Below are positions 1 through 13,064 of a DNA stretch of 64,000 nt, in pieces (the stretch's first letter is position 1; each line of letters starts with the position of its first letter). Source of the DNA: Tubulanus polymorphus (taxonomy: Eukaryota > Animalia > Nemertea). The stretch lies in assembly GCF_964204645.1 (NCBI RefSeq), contig NC_134028.1, forward strand, positions 14,329,653-14,393,652, in the 5' to 3' direction. The position numbers were made by a program, and so were the translations under genes. The notes under the pieces are model-generated. The model was not told where the DNA came from, searched no databases, and was given only the letters and a program-made list of their open reading frames with translations.

Positions 1-98
1 GTGGAACCGCTGGGTGGTGTCCTTGATGTACGGGGTGTTGATGATAGCCGTTTACCGTATGTGGGATATGTTGCGTAAATGTTAACGTTGAACATGAC

Positions 99-1236
99 AT
101 GGTAAGGTCGTTATTTTTAGTGGAAGACGCGACGCCGTATAACCGTAAAGTTCCGGTCCTCCTAGGCACCAATGTTCTTTCTCGTCTGGAGGCTTTCAAA
201 AGTGTTTGTTTGATTACTGAACCTGTCCAGTCGTGCATAGTCCGTTCAACCAAGGTTCTTACCGTACCAGCGGAAACAGGGACAACTGTACACGGTTTCT
301 TGAGAACAAGCGGAGAAGTGGAATTTGACTTGATGGCTACGTCCGGACATGAAGTGACGACTCCAGGTGAATTATTGGTTGTTCCAACTGTCAGCAAAGC
401 ATCGAGTTTGGGAAGCCAAAGAGTGCCAGTTCGACTTAGGAATCTGACGTCACATGATATCACCATACCGGCCCGGTCTAATCTGTGCACCGTATATGAG
501 GCGGAAGAAGTGGAAATTAGAGGAAGGCGTAGCGCTGAGGTGCAATGTGTGGAGAACAGTTGCGTCCAGGAATGTAATTATGCTGGGAATAGCTTCACCA
601 TAGGACAGCGGAACTTCTTAAGAACATTTAAACTGCATCATATATGGGTTAAAGATCGTCAGAAATTGGAGAAATTGTTAATAAAGTGGCAACGGCTATT
701 TTCGAGAGGAGATGGTGACTTTGGAAGGGCTAATTTAATAAAGCATGAGACACCGATGAGGGATGAGACACCTATAAACCAACGTTATCGGAGAGTTCCT
801 CCAGGAATGCTGCAGGAAGTCCGCGATCACCTTAAGATGATGTTGAAGGCCGGAGTGATTCGTCACTCGTTTTCTCCGTGGCAGTCACCAGTGGTGCTAG
901 TTCGCAAAAAACGGCGAGCTCCGGTTTTGTATTGATTTTCGTCGGGTAAATGAGCGTACAATTCCTGACAGGTATTGCCTTCCCTGGGTAAACGAGTTGC
1001 TTGATGCGTTGTCCAGTTCCGCGTACTTTTCCTGTTTAGACCTTAAAAGTGGATACTGGCAAGTAGACATGAATGAAGAAGTCAAGAAAAAGACAGCGTT
1101 TTGTGCGGGATCCGGATTAGGGTTTTATGATTGCAACACGATGCCCTTTGGACTGTCTAATGCTGCATCTACGTTTCAAAGGTTAATGGAGATGACACTA
1201 GAGGATTTGAGTTTCAAAGAGTGCGTGGTATATATT
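99..1236 (+). pseudogene. pol: Gypsy pol, protease end and N-terminal reverse transcriptase (frameshifted)
   Basis: ORFs 99-935 and 997-1290 carry RT motifs; the reading ends at V-Y-I where the insertion starts. Confidence 0.9.
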
Positions 1237-1290
1237 AGTAATGGGGAATATGTTGTTTCAAGCCAAAGGTCGAAAGGGAATAATTTTTAA

Positions 1291-1704
1291 GTGAATAATA
1301 TTACTGAATTAATGTTTAAAAATCATTCTCTAATAAAAGAGTTATCGAATGATAAAGATAAAATCTTATTCAATACAATAATTCCAAAATTCACAACATT
1401 TGATGAGATAGATCAACATTTAATAATTACAGATGAAATGCAATCACTTTTTAATAATGAAAATTCACATAAAACATTATTTTTACACTTACTTTACTGC
1501 CCTTTCAGAGAATGCTATGTAATGTTTTTCAGAGCAGAAGAGAAAAGATTTACCCCTGGCATTTCAAATGAAAAATCATTCAAAGATGCTGGAATTCAAT
1601 GTAACTTAGAAAATAAAATCGAAACACCTAAATATGAACCTAATGAAAAAGCGTTATGTAATTGTGGAAAATATTATACTCGAAGCAATAAATTACACCG
1701 TTAA
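1291..1704 (+). CDS. Hypothetical AT-rich viral-type protein with C-terminal zinc-finger-like motif; decayed inverted paralog at 4808-5090 (-)
   Basis: 137-aa ORF ending CNCGKYYTRSNKLH; minus-strand ORFs 4808-4993 and 4954-5148 give near-identical peptides. Confidence 0.4.
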   Translation: MNNITELMFKNHSLIKELSNDKDKILFNTIIPKFTTFDEIDQHLIITDEMQSLFNNENSHKTLFLHLLYCPFRECYVMFFRAEEKRFTPGISNEKSFKDAGIQCNLENKIETPKYEPNEKALCNCGKYYTRSNKLHR

Positions 1705-2049
1705 AGAAGTTAAATGGGAACAATCACAGAAAAAATAACAATAAAAAAGTTAATAATTTAAATGATTTGTAAGACAGAATCTTTTAATTTGATTTATTTT
1801 ATATATTTTAACTATAAAAATGAGTGAAAATATATTAAATTTGTTACATCTTATTTACAGAAATCAAGAGCGCATTAAGTTAATCATTATGGTTTCAGGT
1901 TTAGTTTCTTTTACAATTTACTCATTAAAACAGATGAATTCTATGATTCTTGTAAAATAAGATACGCTGAATTAAAAGATAACATTGATTATATCTCAGA
2001 TAGATTGAATAACATTAAATGTTGTGAAATATGTAATCAAAAATATAAA

Positions 2050-3735
2050 AATAAATTGCCCATGGGCAAAGTGTGGTTTACCTTGAAAGCTAGAGGTTTT
2101 TTTGGAGTGAGGGCATTGCTTGAAAAATCCTTTTAATTCGTGACTTCAAAGTTCCACAAGTTTATATTGTATTTTAACTTTCTTAAAGAATTATTTTGTA
2201 GTCAGATAAAACCAAAGATATACATTTGGTTGCGGTCCACGTCCAAAAGTTTGTAGGGTACAGGTAGGCATGGCAGGGAAATTGTTTTATATTTTCAAAA
2301 AAAAATACGTTTCACAATATGAAAAAAATATTCAAATAGGCCTCTGGCCATCTCAAAATAATTGTCTGTTTGCCGTAACACCGACTCAACTTTTTTTTTT
2401 TGCAAAATTTTTGGGCAAAAAAACAAATTTATCACCTTTTTACATGGATACAATATCGCAAAAATCATTTACGTTGTGCACGGGAAATTTGTCTAATAGC
2501 GTAGATTTCGAGAATTATTCTGAAATTATAACTTCGTCCAGAGCGTCATCTCTGTGTTAAAAATGAAACAGTACATTGAATATGTGCGCGGTTTTACGTT
2601 ACCAGCTTTGATATAGTCACTATAAGAATGAATGGCAGCTTTTTGGAACACTGCCAGTTTCCTGGAAAACTTAAAAACTTAACATATTATAATACGTAGC
2701 TCATACGTAGGCAGTGGGTCGGTCGGCCGTTTTTATCAAAAATAAAATTTATTTCAATGAATCCCAGAAAAAAGTTTTCACTCGGTACCTTTGAAGTAGG
2801 GTCGGTCGGGTTACGGCAAACGGACCATTAATATGGGATGGCCTAAAATTCATATGATGTCACATATCCGAGGGTGGCTGAATATTGGGTCATGGAAACC
2901 TCTTCCAATGTTGGCCGCAGAAGTTAAAATACCGGTACAGAACAAATCGGTTATTAGATCGTTTTAAATCCTGGAATTTACGACTACAATATTCAGACCT
3001 CGACCTATACTTTTAGTTTGCTGCTTAATATTTTCAGGTCACAAGAACTTACAATTTATTACAAATTCTATCAAACAGAAAACACATCGCTCATCTTCTG
3101 CTACGATTATTCAGCCTATTTTCATGTCAAACGCGCACGCGTTACAGCATCACCTTGAGTAGTGTACTGTACGAGCTTGTGTGTGTGTCGTTTAGCACTC
3201 TGCGCGCACAGGTGGAGGCCTCGTGTAAGTGAATGTTCGCTTACACTTCAATGTCAATCAAAACAATCACCGAGTATTAAAATGAAACAATACCTATGGC
3301 AGATGTGTGAAATAGTTACATCCTCACCAGCAATGAGCATTTAAAATTCGCACGTATACGGCACCTAGTCCAATGAAACGTACGCCATTCTATGGCTTTC
3401 TTATAATTATTTTAGTAGCGCCAGAATTCCCCGTATATCCCCAAAACAGCCATTCCCATTCGCACCTAGAGACAACGCCCCCCAATCGAGGTCATTGCAA
3501 TTTTATACGCGAGAGCTAAGAATTTTCCCGCCAAAAACAGTTTTTCGTAGAATTTTAACTCAGTTGACCATGTACATCGACGGAGGTTCGTCATGTCTTC
3601 AATCGCATCGATTATACGTCGTTTAAGCCGAGAACCAATGAAACAAATGCTCACATAAAAAACGTACCGCAATTTTACATGAATTGGCTCAATGCCAACC
3701 TCATATCGCTGACAAAGGTAAACCAATAAAAAGAG
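2050..3735. repeat. ~1.7 kb interspersed repeat, copy 1 (copy 2 at ~54630-56335)
   Basis: Colinear similarity from ATAAATTGCCCATGGGCAAAGTGTGG to CGCTGACAAA..TAAACCAA in both places. Confidence 0.88.
2346..2843. mobile_element. PIF/Harbinger-type MITE inside the 1.7 kb repeat
   Basis: ~40-bp TIR GGCCATCTCAAAATAATTGTCTGTTTGCCGTAAC / GTTACGGCAAACGGACCATTAATATGGGATGGCC followed by TAA. Confidence 0.7.
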
Positions 3736-5103
3736 TTTGAGAAATCATGGATATATTCATGAATCAGATGAAACGTTTTATAATTCAAATTACGCAACAG
3801 ACTGTTATCTTGGCTGGAATAGATACAAATGAATAAATTATATGTTTTCACTTAAATTTCTATACTTAGATTAATAATTTATATTTATAATTTTTACAAA
3901 ACTATCTATATATCCATGTACGAGACGGACGAAACCAAGATTCTTGCCAAGAAAGTAAGAAAGTAAGAATTCTTGGATTTTTACTCGTACCTCTCGTACT
4001 TAGTTTTATAAAAACGAATAAATTAAATGTTTTCACTTAATAAAAATAAAAATAGTTATAATATAATCTATTTTTATACAATTACTAATAATTTACATCT
4101 TTAATTCATGTAAAAACTAATTAATATATCTATGTACTAGAGGTACGAGTAAGAATCCAAGAATCCAAGGGTCTTATATTCAAATAAACTCTATGTCTTC
4201 ACAGATTTATCATATAATATATTTTCAGCTAATACAATTTATATTTCAACACTGGAAAGGTACAAATTATATTCAAATATATATTTTATTTTTATATTGA
4301 TATATAAAACCTATCAGATAAATAGCATATTCTTTACGCAGCACTAGAATAATATGATTCATACTAAGTTAGTTGGTTTATTGTTTTACTTTAATGTTTT
4401 ATTGTTTTACTTAATAAATTTAATACCTTACTCTCACTCATTTTTATAGTTAAAATATATAAAACAAATTAAATTAAAAGATCCTGTTTTAATCATCTAA
4501 ATCATTTGAATCATTAACTTTTTATTGTTATTTCTTCTGTGATTGTTTCCATTTAACTTCTTTAATTTCTTACTCAATTTCATGTTTTCATTCATCAGAT
4601 CCTTACTGATATTTTCATAGTAAAAGTAAAGCGCAGCTAATATTAACCCTCAAGCAATTAAATGATGTTTAACATCACTTTTTCCAAATGGAATGCTGAA
4701 ATCTTCCATTTATTTAAGAAAAAAAGTAATTTGAAATATCTTATTTTGAATATTAAGTGTTGAATTATTATTTTTAGTTATGATATTTTGATTTAAGATG
4801 GTGTGATTTATTGCTTCGAGTATAATATTTTACATAACGCTTTTTCATTAGGTTCATATTTAGGTGTTTCGATTTTATTGTCTAAGTTACATTGAACTGC
4901 AACATCTTTAAATGATTTTTCATTTGGAATGTCAGGGGTAAATCTTTTTTCTTCTACTCTGAAAACATTACATAGCATTCTCTGAAAGGGCAATAACGTA
5001 AGTGTAGAAATAATGTTTTATGTGAATTTTCATTATTAAAAAGTGATTGTATTTCATCTGTAATTATTAAATATTGATCTAATTCATCAATCACCTTTCG
5101 ACT

Positions 5104-7994
5104 TATATTGATGAAATCGTGGTCTATGCGAGGACAGTAGTCGAACACCTAGAAAGGTTAGAGCATGTCTTTATGAAGTTGGAGAAGGCAGGTTTAATAC
5201 TTAATCCGGAAAATGTGATTTTCTGAAGAGTGAGGTAGTGTATTTGGGACATAAGGTCTCCAAAGCTGGGATACAGGCTGACGCTAAGAAAGTATCGGCA
5301 GTTGCAGAGTGGCCAGTTCCTACTATGCTGGCATAGGTCAGAAGATTTTTCGGGTTTACCGGCTATTACCGGAAGTTTGTACCACACTATGCGCAGTTGG
5401 CTCGTCCGTTAACCAAGTTATTGGCTGGTATTGGTAAGGAACTAGATCCTCCTTCAAAGAAACTGGCAGAAAGTATAGTCTGGGGACAAGCACTGCATGA
5501 ACCTTTCGACGTTCTACGGGAGAAGTTGATGTCGTCGCCTATTTTGGGTTTTGCCGACTATAGCCTGCCCTTTGAGCTTCATTATGATGCTTCGATTCAG
5601 GGCCGCGGGGCGGTTTTGTATCAACTTCAAGATGGGAAGCGGAAAGTATTTGCCGATGCCAGCAGAACGTTATGGCCTTCAGAACGGAATTACCCCACGC
5701 ATAAGATGGAGTTCCTCGTGTTAAAATGGTCAGTGACGGATCATTTTCATGATTACTTGTATGGCAACACCTGCGAAGTTGTCACCGATAACAACCCCCT
5801 ACATTTTGACCAGCGATGTTAGACGCCACGGGACACAGGTGGCTACAGGCACTCTCAGTTTACAACTTGGAGTTGGAGTACTGCCAGGGATCAACGCTTA
5901 AGGATGCTGACGCTCTAAGTCGTTTAGTTCCGGTTGATGTAGTTAAAGCTGTTAGTCATTCAGCCTATGTACAGCGGGTTTCAGTAGAGGTTTTGGAGGA
6001 AGAGGAAGGCATCTCGGTAGTGCCCACCAAAAATCTTGCCCAGTTGCAGGAGGCTGATGGAGTCCTTCGTAAGATCCGTGCGTCCCTTAGAGACGGTCGA
6101 ACCTTCAAGCCGGTCGCTTCAACCGAGAGCAAAAACCTTCGCTACATGAGCAGTTTGAGTTTGAGGGATGATGTTCTAGTGATAGAGAAAGGTTGTCAGG
6201 GAACTAGTGTTCTGGTGGAGGTGTGTCCGGAGGGTGAACGGTACAATGTGATGACTCAGGTCCATGATGTGATGGGACATGTGGGAAGAGACAAACATTG
6301 GCGTTTCTCGCTCAGCGATTTTTTGGCCAGGGATGACGACAGACTTGGAGTTATTTCTGAGATCGTGCCCGCGTTGCGTTCCTCACAAGTCTTCAGTCCC
6401 TGCGCAACAAGCTCCTCTAGAGCCGATTGTCTCCGGTGATCCACTGGATATACCGTGCATGGATTATCTCACCAAAAAGCCGTCCGGTGGATACGACAAT
6501 CTTCTGGTAATGGCCGATCACTTTACTTTGCTGTGGTGGTGCCCACTCGGAATCAAACAGTGTCGACTACAGCCAGGGTTATGTACGACGAATTCATCAC
6601 CCGCTACGGAGTTCCACGCAGGATTCACTCCGACCAGGGTCGAAACTTCGAGAGCCGGTTGGTGTCAGAGTTGTGCCAGTTGATGGGTATAGCCAAAAGC
6701 AGAACAACACCCTACCATCCGATGGGTAATGGCTGTGCTGAACGTTTCAACCGAACGCTGATCGAGTTTTTGGGTTTGTTGGAGCCATCCAGGATGTTAC
6801 GTTGGAGCAAGAACTTAAGATCGGTGGTTTATGTATATTACATTACACCTCATGAGACGACGAAAGTGTCGCCATATTACTTGATGTTCGGACGTCACCC
6901 GCTTATTACCGTTGATCAGGTGTTTGGGTTGGATAGATTTCGCCCTAAGACGAAGTTTGGAACTGATCTACGAGCTGAGATGAGAAGTAAGAAGTACGAG
7001 ATGAGAAGTAAGGCCTGGGATGTGGTTCGGAAAAGGATGGCTAGTGCAGATGATCGAGCGGAGAAAATGTATGACAGGAAACAGCGAGGTGAAGTCGTCG
7101 GGATCGGTGACCTAGCCCTAGTTCGTCTCACTGGTTTGAAAGGCAGGCAGAAGTTGACTGATCCTTGGTAGTCTGAGCCCTATAAAGTCATTGCTTGACC
7201 GAATGAATAAATTCCGGTGTATGTAGTGGAACATGAAGTCACTGGGAAGCGGAGAACCCTGCATAGAAATCTGCTTGTTCCTCTTGCGGTACCGTTGCGC
7301 CCTATACAAAAGCCTGAGGCGAAGGAAGTTAAGGCAGGGAGAGCTATAGTGGCCAAAGGAAAAGTGATTGATGGTTGTACAATTGACCAAATAAAGGAAA
7401 ATAATGAAGAGGATAATTGGGTGATGGTCGATTTGTCTGGTGGTTCAGGTCCGGAGATGTTACCGTATGTTGGGTCGGTGGATATGCCCGTCTCCATTGA
7501 TTTAGAGCTGGGTACAGTGTCTCCAGGAAGATGATGTGTCCGTGGTCTCAGTAGATGTCGCTTAATCGGAGGTTTAGGAGCTCAGGACTCGGCCTGTTTT
7601 TGGAGCCACTCAAGAGCAGCCTGAGGTGGCTATTTTGAGTTCAGCTGACATTGGTGGAATGGCGGATCACGTGCCTGATAATGTCACTGATGATGAGTCG
7701 ACGGTTGTCGATGGTGATGGTTTAGAAGAATTGATTGCGGATACGGAACTTGCCGGTGGAGTAGATGATGATTATGATGAATCTGTGGCAGCACCTCATA
7801 GAAGTCAGCGTGAACGTCGGCCGCCGTATTGGCTGGCATCTGCTGACTATGTAGTGCATCAGACTATGGTTAATGAGGGGAGTCCTGACTGGATAAGACG
7901 GGTCCATGCGTTAATGACGTTAGCTAGGGACCCAGCGGTTAGGGATAATCCCCGGTTAATAGGAGGAATTATCGAAATCATTAAGGGAAAGTAA
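5104..7994 (+). pseudogene. pol: Gypsy pol, RT C-terminus, RNase H, integrase and acidic C-terminal extension (frameshifted)
   Basis: Resumes YIDEIVVY at 5104; GFTGYYRKFVPHYAQLARPL; RNase H and integrase motifs in ORFs 5397-7171; RSQRERRPP tail. Confidence 0.9.
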
Positions 7995-8059
7995 GTTTTT
8001 TTGTTATGTTAGTTTTATTCAGCATATGCGTTGATTTTGTTGCCCTAAATTTTCATGCC

Positions 8060-8590
8060 TTGGTGTGTAGGTAACCTGAGATTTAAGGTTGACTGTGTTA
8101 TTAGCAAGTGTTGCTTAAATGTATTTTCTTTGGCGTTTCTGTATACATCTAGTAAGAAGAAATAATCGAAAGATAACTTTAGAAATTGTTAAGTTATATC
8201 TGGGAGCCGTGTAAGAAGTCAAGACGAAGGACTGAGATCTGATCTAAGAGAGTGTCCTCGCACCATTGTTAAGAGGAATTATTACCACGACGCTAGTTGG
8301 ACAACCCAACCCGGATTCACAGCACTGGAAGATATACGGACCACAACATAGGTGGAGTTCCATAACCGCAACACTGCCATCTTCAGTCCTTTATGGGAAC
8401 CTTTTTCTTTGATTGACCTGCGCTGGTCATTCAGTTATATGTTGTTGACCATTCAACATGTGTGTGTAATAAAGTTGGCTATACTTTAGTACTGTAGTTT
8501 CATCCGTTTATTAGGTTGACGTGTGGTCTGACCAGCGAGTCTGCCGAGACGAAGCCAGAGCGCTTTTATTCGCAAAGCGTGTTCATTACA
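8060..8590 (+). repeat. Probable 3' LTR of the Gypsy element (left boundary uncertain)
   Basis: Non-coding segment after pol with AATAAA at 8468 and terminal TTACA; 5' LTR is not in the window, so it cannot be confirmed. Confidence 0.45.
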
Positions 8591-10674
8591 GCAGTTGAAA
8601 ATACATGTAGCTGAAATCCCCTTAGCCGCAGGAGCGTGGGGTTTTTGCTAGTGTATATATTAAGTGCCCTTTCTTCAATTGTGTAACTAAATCAGATATA
8701 TTATTGCTATGATCAGACAGCAAGCAACCAAAAAAAAACGAAAAGTAAATATTTTGCTCCTAGGGCATCATCCTCGCTTGCCAGGGGTTCGGTATCGCTC
8801 CCCGAACTCACTTCCACCAGCCCCCTGGCCTAACGACGCGCGATTTCATTACTCGTTCATTACCCAACAGAAGCCTAATGTCGTATTTTACAAGCGCTGT
8901 GATTGGTACGACCAGATTCTGGTCACTCGTGAGGTCAAGGGGTTCGGGGAACAACTTTAGCGTAGTGGGTCCGAATCCCTTGACGGGTGAAGATGCTGGG
9001 GCCTATGTCTCTGTACAAAACGGCATGTACAGAGGACATATTTTCTGGTGACATTTTAATGATTTATCCCGGTGATTATATTTCTATCACCACGTTGGTG
9101 GAGTGTTTACTTTATCACTGGGGAACGGATTTTTATTTCGTTGATAGAGTTAACACAGGTTTTAAAAAACGCATTTTCCCAGAGATAAAAATATTTAACT
9201 CCGGGAAAGCGATTTATCACCGGCTTATCACCGCTTTGAAAAACGCAGCCCATGTGTTTGACTAATGCCCACGAATAAATGGTAAGCAGTAAAAAAGCCC
9301 CGCGATGAAAGTTTCAAATTAAGTAGGTAAAAATCCACCACTTAACTTGGAATGCAAGTAGGTACAATATTCGGGTAATTATATACAGTCATACCGATTT
9401 ATTCATTCGTTGTGTCCATATTTTTCTAAACAATATGAACATGGGTATACTAATTATTGTACGATTGGAATAAGTTAAACACCACAAATAAACACTTCAT
9501 TAATAGTATATTAATACGAATAGCCATCGCACAGTTCATGTTTATCGTTGTCGCTAAGAACTTAAGTTACAGTATACTACAATAGCTTGAATTCAAAATA
9601 TTTCAAATTAATAGTTCATCATTTCTAATAATTCGCATCGCACTGTGAAATGTACCAAAAGTTGAACAGAGTTCACAGTATTAAAAGTATTTCAGTTCGA
9701 TTGTGAAAATATAATAAGGAAACGTTATTTCAAAGAATTTATTCATAGTTGGAACTAATTCGAAAAATACAAAAATGTCATCGTCATATCTAAGGTACAA
9801 TGCGGGTTGAGTTTGGAATCGGGCAATAGGAAATTCTCAAAATATGAATGAAATTGGCTAGGGAGGGGGATAATGGGCTACCCATCGTCACACCATTGAC
9901 TTGTTTAGAAGGCGATTGTTGTACGAAAAAACAATCCAGATTTTGCGATTTTGAGAAGTTCTTTAAATGTGGTCATATCGTACGAGGGTTTGGAATCCGA
10001 GATTATAAATATATATATAGTCTGAAATCATGTCTATATCACTTTCTTTAAGCGGTGCGTTTGTCAACAGTTAAAAAATTTTCCTAATAGGCTACCATAC
10101 AGTCATTGGATCTATCCATGAGTAAGCGTCCAGCCACGTTATAAGGGAGTTAGGTATGGATCTTTTTTCGGGGATAATTATGTAAAAATGTATGGACAAC
10201 ACCAAAATATCAAAGTACAAGTAGTCCGTGTCTATATCTATTTCACGAAACCACGTACTTTCCACAATAACGGAAATTCGCTTCGACCGATTATGGCAAA
10301 CAATTTTCAAATCGTTAAACGGACACCATAGTGTTCGTCGTTTCAGTAACGAGATTTGTGATATAAGTTAGTGTTTTATAGGGCCTAGTTAAAGATGGAG
10401 TCATATTTCAAGATTTTTTTTTTCGTTGTTGTTTCAGGATGTTATACCACGTTACACATGTGTTTAGAACAGCTAGACATCAGGACTATATGAATGATAA
10501 GTGTACAACCCGTTTTACTGAAATCATCCGCGATAGGCAAATTAATTGGAAGTATGACGTCATCAGCTAGTGATACCAAAAGGAACAAAATGTTCGCTAA
10601 AAGTGTGTAATAAAAAAAGTTGGTTGATTTATATGAAATTAGTTATCATAAAATATGTAATGTGTACTGTTATT

Positions 10675-10706
10675 CTATCTCTCTAACGTTGTGTCGAAAA
10701 ACAACC
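10675..10706 (-). CDS. SLC28A3: SLC28 concentrative nucleoside transporter, terminal coding exon (GLFFDTTLER*)
   Basis: TTTCAG acceptor; phase 1 matches the preceding exon; TAG at 10675-10677; 80-bp intron. Symbol is family-level (-like). Confidence 0.75.
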
Positions 10707-10786
10707 CTGAAATGTAGATAAGAAATCGTCAATGGTTTTACGTATTTTTTTCAATTGGCGATAATGCGACGTATAGGATAGCCTAC

Positions 10787-10967
10787 CGGCAATACAAGCA
10801 GTCATGAAACACGCCACGTTTCCAGCTATCATAGCTCGAAACACAACTTTTGACAAGTCTCTTTTACGGCTTGGGGCCAAAGCGCCTAAACATCCGAGAA
10901 CAACGCCAATTGAACCAAAGTTACTGAAGCCACACAAGGCATATGTACTAATAGCCTCCGACCGCAC
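10787..10967 (-). CDS. SLC28A3: SLC28 exon (VRSEAISTYALCGFSNFGSIG...ACFMTACIAG)
   Basis: Hallmark CNT motif TYALCGFSN; canonical AG/GT; 181 bp, phase 0 to 1. Confidence 0.95.
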
Positions 10968-11375
10968 CTGAAATTGACAGAATAAATAATGCAATCATTC
11001 ACTGAAAATACAACAAGACGACTTTATATTCATTCTACACGCTGTTAACAACCAGGACTGCCAAGCTTTCAAAATTCCAGGCATGGTACATGTAGATGAT
11101 AACTTTCATCAAGTAGGGGTTTTTGCTCTTAATTAGAAATACTTTTTTTACGCGCAACATACGTATAGTAATGAGATAATAAGTGTTTTTATGCCTACAT
11201 CGTCTATTTAGCAACAACCAGATAACCATCCTGTTTCATTTATTTACAAGAAAACAGACATCGACTTTATATTCTTAAGCGTATTAATGTGTTTAAGACC
11301 CATAGAATGATGATTTTAAATGTTGGGGACAGTCAAAACCGCTACACAATACACTCGTGTTTTCAGTAGCACTTA

Positions 11376-11890
11376 CAGCGACTGGAGCTGACAGAAACAA
11401 ATACCTCAGATGAATTTCCCTTGGTCTTATTGATTTGAATGCAGAATAGAATATTTAATTTTCTGAAATTTGCTCAATAAAACAAAATTGGATTGGATTT
11501 GATGTTTTATTTGTTCAATTAAGTAAAATTGAATTGGATTTGATATTTTTGATTGAATTTGCAGTTTGAGCACATGGCTAATCAGCATATAAAGGTCATC
11601 CATCCGGTTTAAGAAAAAGCTATTTTCCCGAACTATGCATTATTATCAATGATATTTTCTCATTGGCAAATAAAAACATTTCTCCCAAAAACCCAATCAA
11701 CTAAAGATTTTGCAGAAATCGATCTTGAAATATTATTTAAAACCTTATAATAAAACTCGGAAGAAAAACAGTAGACGATACCACAGGTTCGCGTGACCCC
11801 TACTGATCCCTGCGGCAAAGTCAACATAGAGAAGTCTTTGCTTTCTGGTTGGCTTTTTAAAACACATATTTTTGCGTTCAGATTTTCGCA
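11376..11890. repeat. Interspersed repeat fragment, second copy at ~57438-57912
   Basis: Shared AGCGACTG..AGAAACAAATACCTCAGAT...TTTTTAAAAC..ATAT.TTTGCGTTCAGA. Confidence 0.75.
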
Positions 11891-11892
11891 AA

Positions 11893-12484
11893 GAAGCTCG
11901 TATCAATTCTAACGAGGCCAGATTTTGTAAATCGGTCACTATTTTCTAAAAGGAAATTAATCCATCCATTATTATTTTGTTGTTGTATATTACTATAATA
12001 TTTTGGTAATTCATTCCAATTTAGTGTTCTTAAATCTAAATTTGTTATTATTTTACCAAATTCTATAATATATAATATTCCTAATCCAGTCATTGTACCA
12101 CTTTTTGCATACTAAAATCATTATTTGAATAAATATTAAATTCATGACATAAACTTTGAAAAATTAATATTATTATTTAGTTCATTAAAATATTTTGAAC
12201 CCGATAAAGGACATTCTAATTCATTTAATATTAATTTTGTTTGAAAATATGTATGAAATCTAAAAAGTGATAATATTAATGGTAAACTTGGTTTATTTAG
12301 ATGATCATTTCAACTTATAACACACCCTGTTGTTGCACATTTAACTGCAAAATTTAATTGGTTCTGCCAATACTTCATATTAGATTTTAATAACCATTGT
12401 TTTGCCTCATTTAAATTTTTAAAATCAATTGTATATACATTAGATGTATTTTCCATTTTAACATTAAAATTATTAGTTTCAGTA
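11893..12484 (-). mobile_element. Old Polinton fragment, homolog of the 20651-22038 gene
   Basis: Minus strand gives KQWLLKSNMKYWQNQLNFA..CATTGC and QQNNNGWINFLLENSDRFTKSG. Confidence 0.85.
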
Positions 12485-12945
12485 ATAATAAATAATAATA
12501 GTCATTTGTATAGCGCAGTTTTCCATAGTAATAAAGTTCAAATGCGCTCCTCCGGGTGGATTACGAGTTGAAGTAAGCACAGAACAGTTTAGTTTTAATG
12601 AACGTTTTGAACTGAGGTAGTGACATATTTAACACAGCATGTGGAGGGCCAGGTCGATATAGTTATTCTAAAGTCTAGGAGCAATCCGCGAAAAAGCTCT
12701 ACCACCAAAATTAGGTGAAATGTTGGTTCAGAAAGTCTGTGGTGTGAAGATGAACGTAGTTGACGCGCAGAAGCATAAACTGAATGAGTTCACTGATGTA
12801 AACTGGTGCACATCCTGTTAATGCTTTAAATGTAATTAGAAGAATTTTGAACTCAATTCTTGCTTTGACTGGCAGCCAATGAAGGTTTTTAAGAACTGGT
12901 GATATGTGATCATACTTCGATACGAGACAAACAAATCGTGCTGCA
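12485..12945 (-). mobile_element. 3' fragment of L2/CR1-group LINE
   Basis: AARFV..SKYDHISPVLKNLHWLPVKARIEFKILL; ends GCGCTATACAAATGAC(TAT)n. Confidence 0.85.
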
Positions 12946-13064
12946 CCGTGGTGGTGGTGGTGGTGGTGGTGGTGGTGGTGGTGGTGGTGGTGGTGGTGGT
13001 GGTGGTGGTGGTGGTGGTGGTGGTGGTGGTGGTGGTGGTGGTGGTGGTGGTGATGATGATGATG
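12946..13064. repeat. (GGT)n(GAT)n microsatellite
   Basis: Direct reading; explains the poly-H, poly-V and poly-P ORFs. Confidence 0.98.

Larger units (their letters stand above)
1237..5103. mobile_element. Non-autonomous Polinton-related element with long imperfect inverted arms and 6-bp TSD
   Basis: Starts AGTAATGGGG...TTTCAAGCCAAAGGTCGAA (like the Polinton ends at 15469 and 33702) and ends ACT; flanked by TATATT at 1231-1236 and 5104-5109; ~1400-1830 is inverted-repeated at ~4432-5090. Confidence 0.85.
1..8590 (+). mobile_element. Degenerate Ty3/Gypsy LTR retrotransposon (5' part outside window), interrupted by a Polinton-like insertion at 1237-5103
   Basis: Domain order PR(LLGTN)-RT(SPWQSPVVLVRKK, LDLKSGYWQV, MPFGLSNA, YIDE)-RNaseH(DAS, ERNYPTHKMEFL, TDNNPL)-integrase(HDVMGH..CPRC, IHSDQGRNFES, TTPYHPMGNG, AERFNRTL); many frameshifts and stops. 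Right end placed at ...TTACA 8590 after AATAAA at 8468. Confidence 0.93.

Noticed and set aside
230-520. Possible dUTPase-like segment between Gypsy protease and RT
   Set aside because: Only a vague beta-rich pattern with no catalytic motifs; similar spacers are common in Gypsy elements
10683-10994. Single 103-aa ORF as a complete gene
   Set aside because: An exon plus intron read-through; the real terminal exon is in another frame
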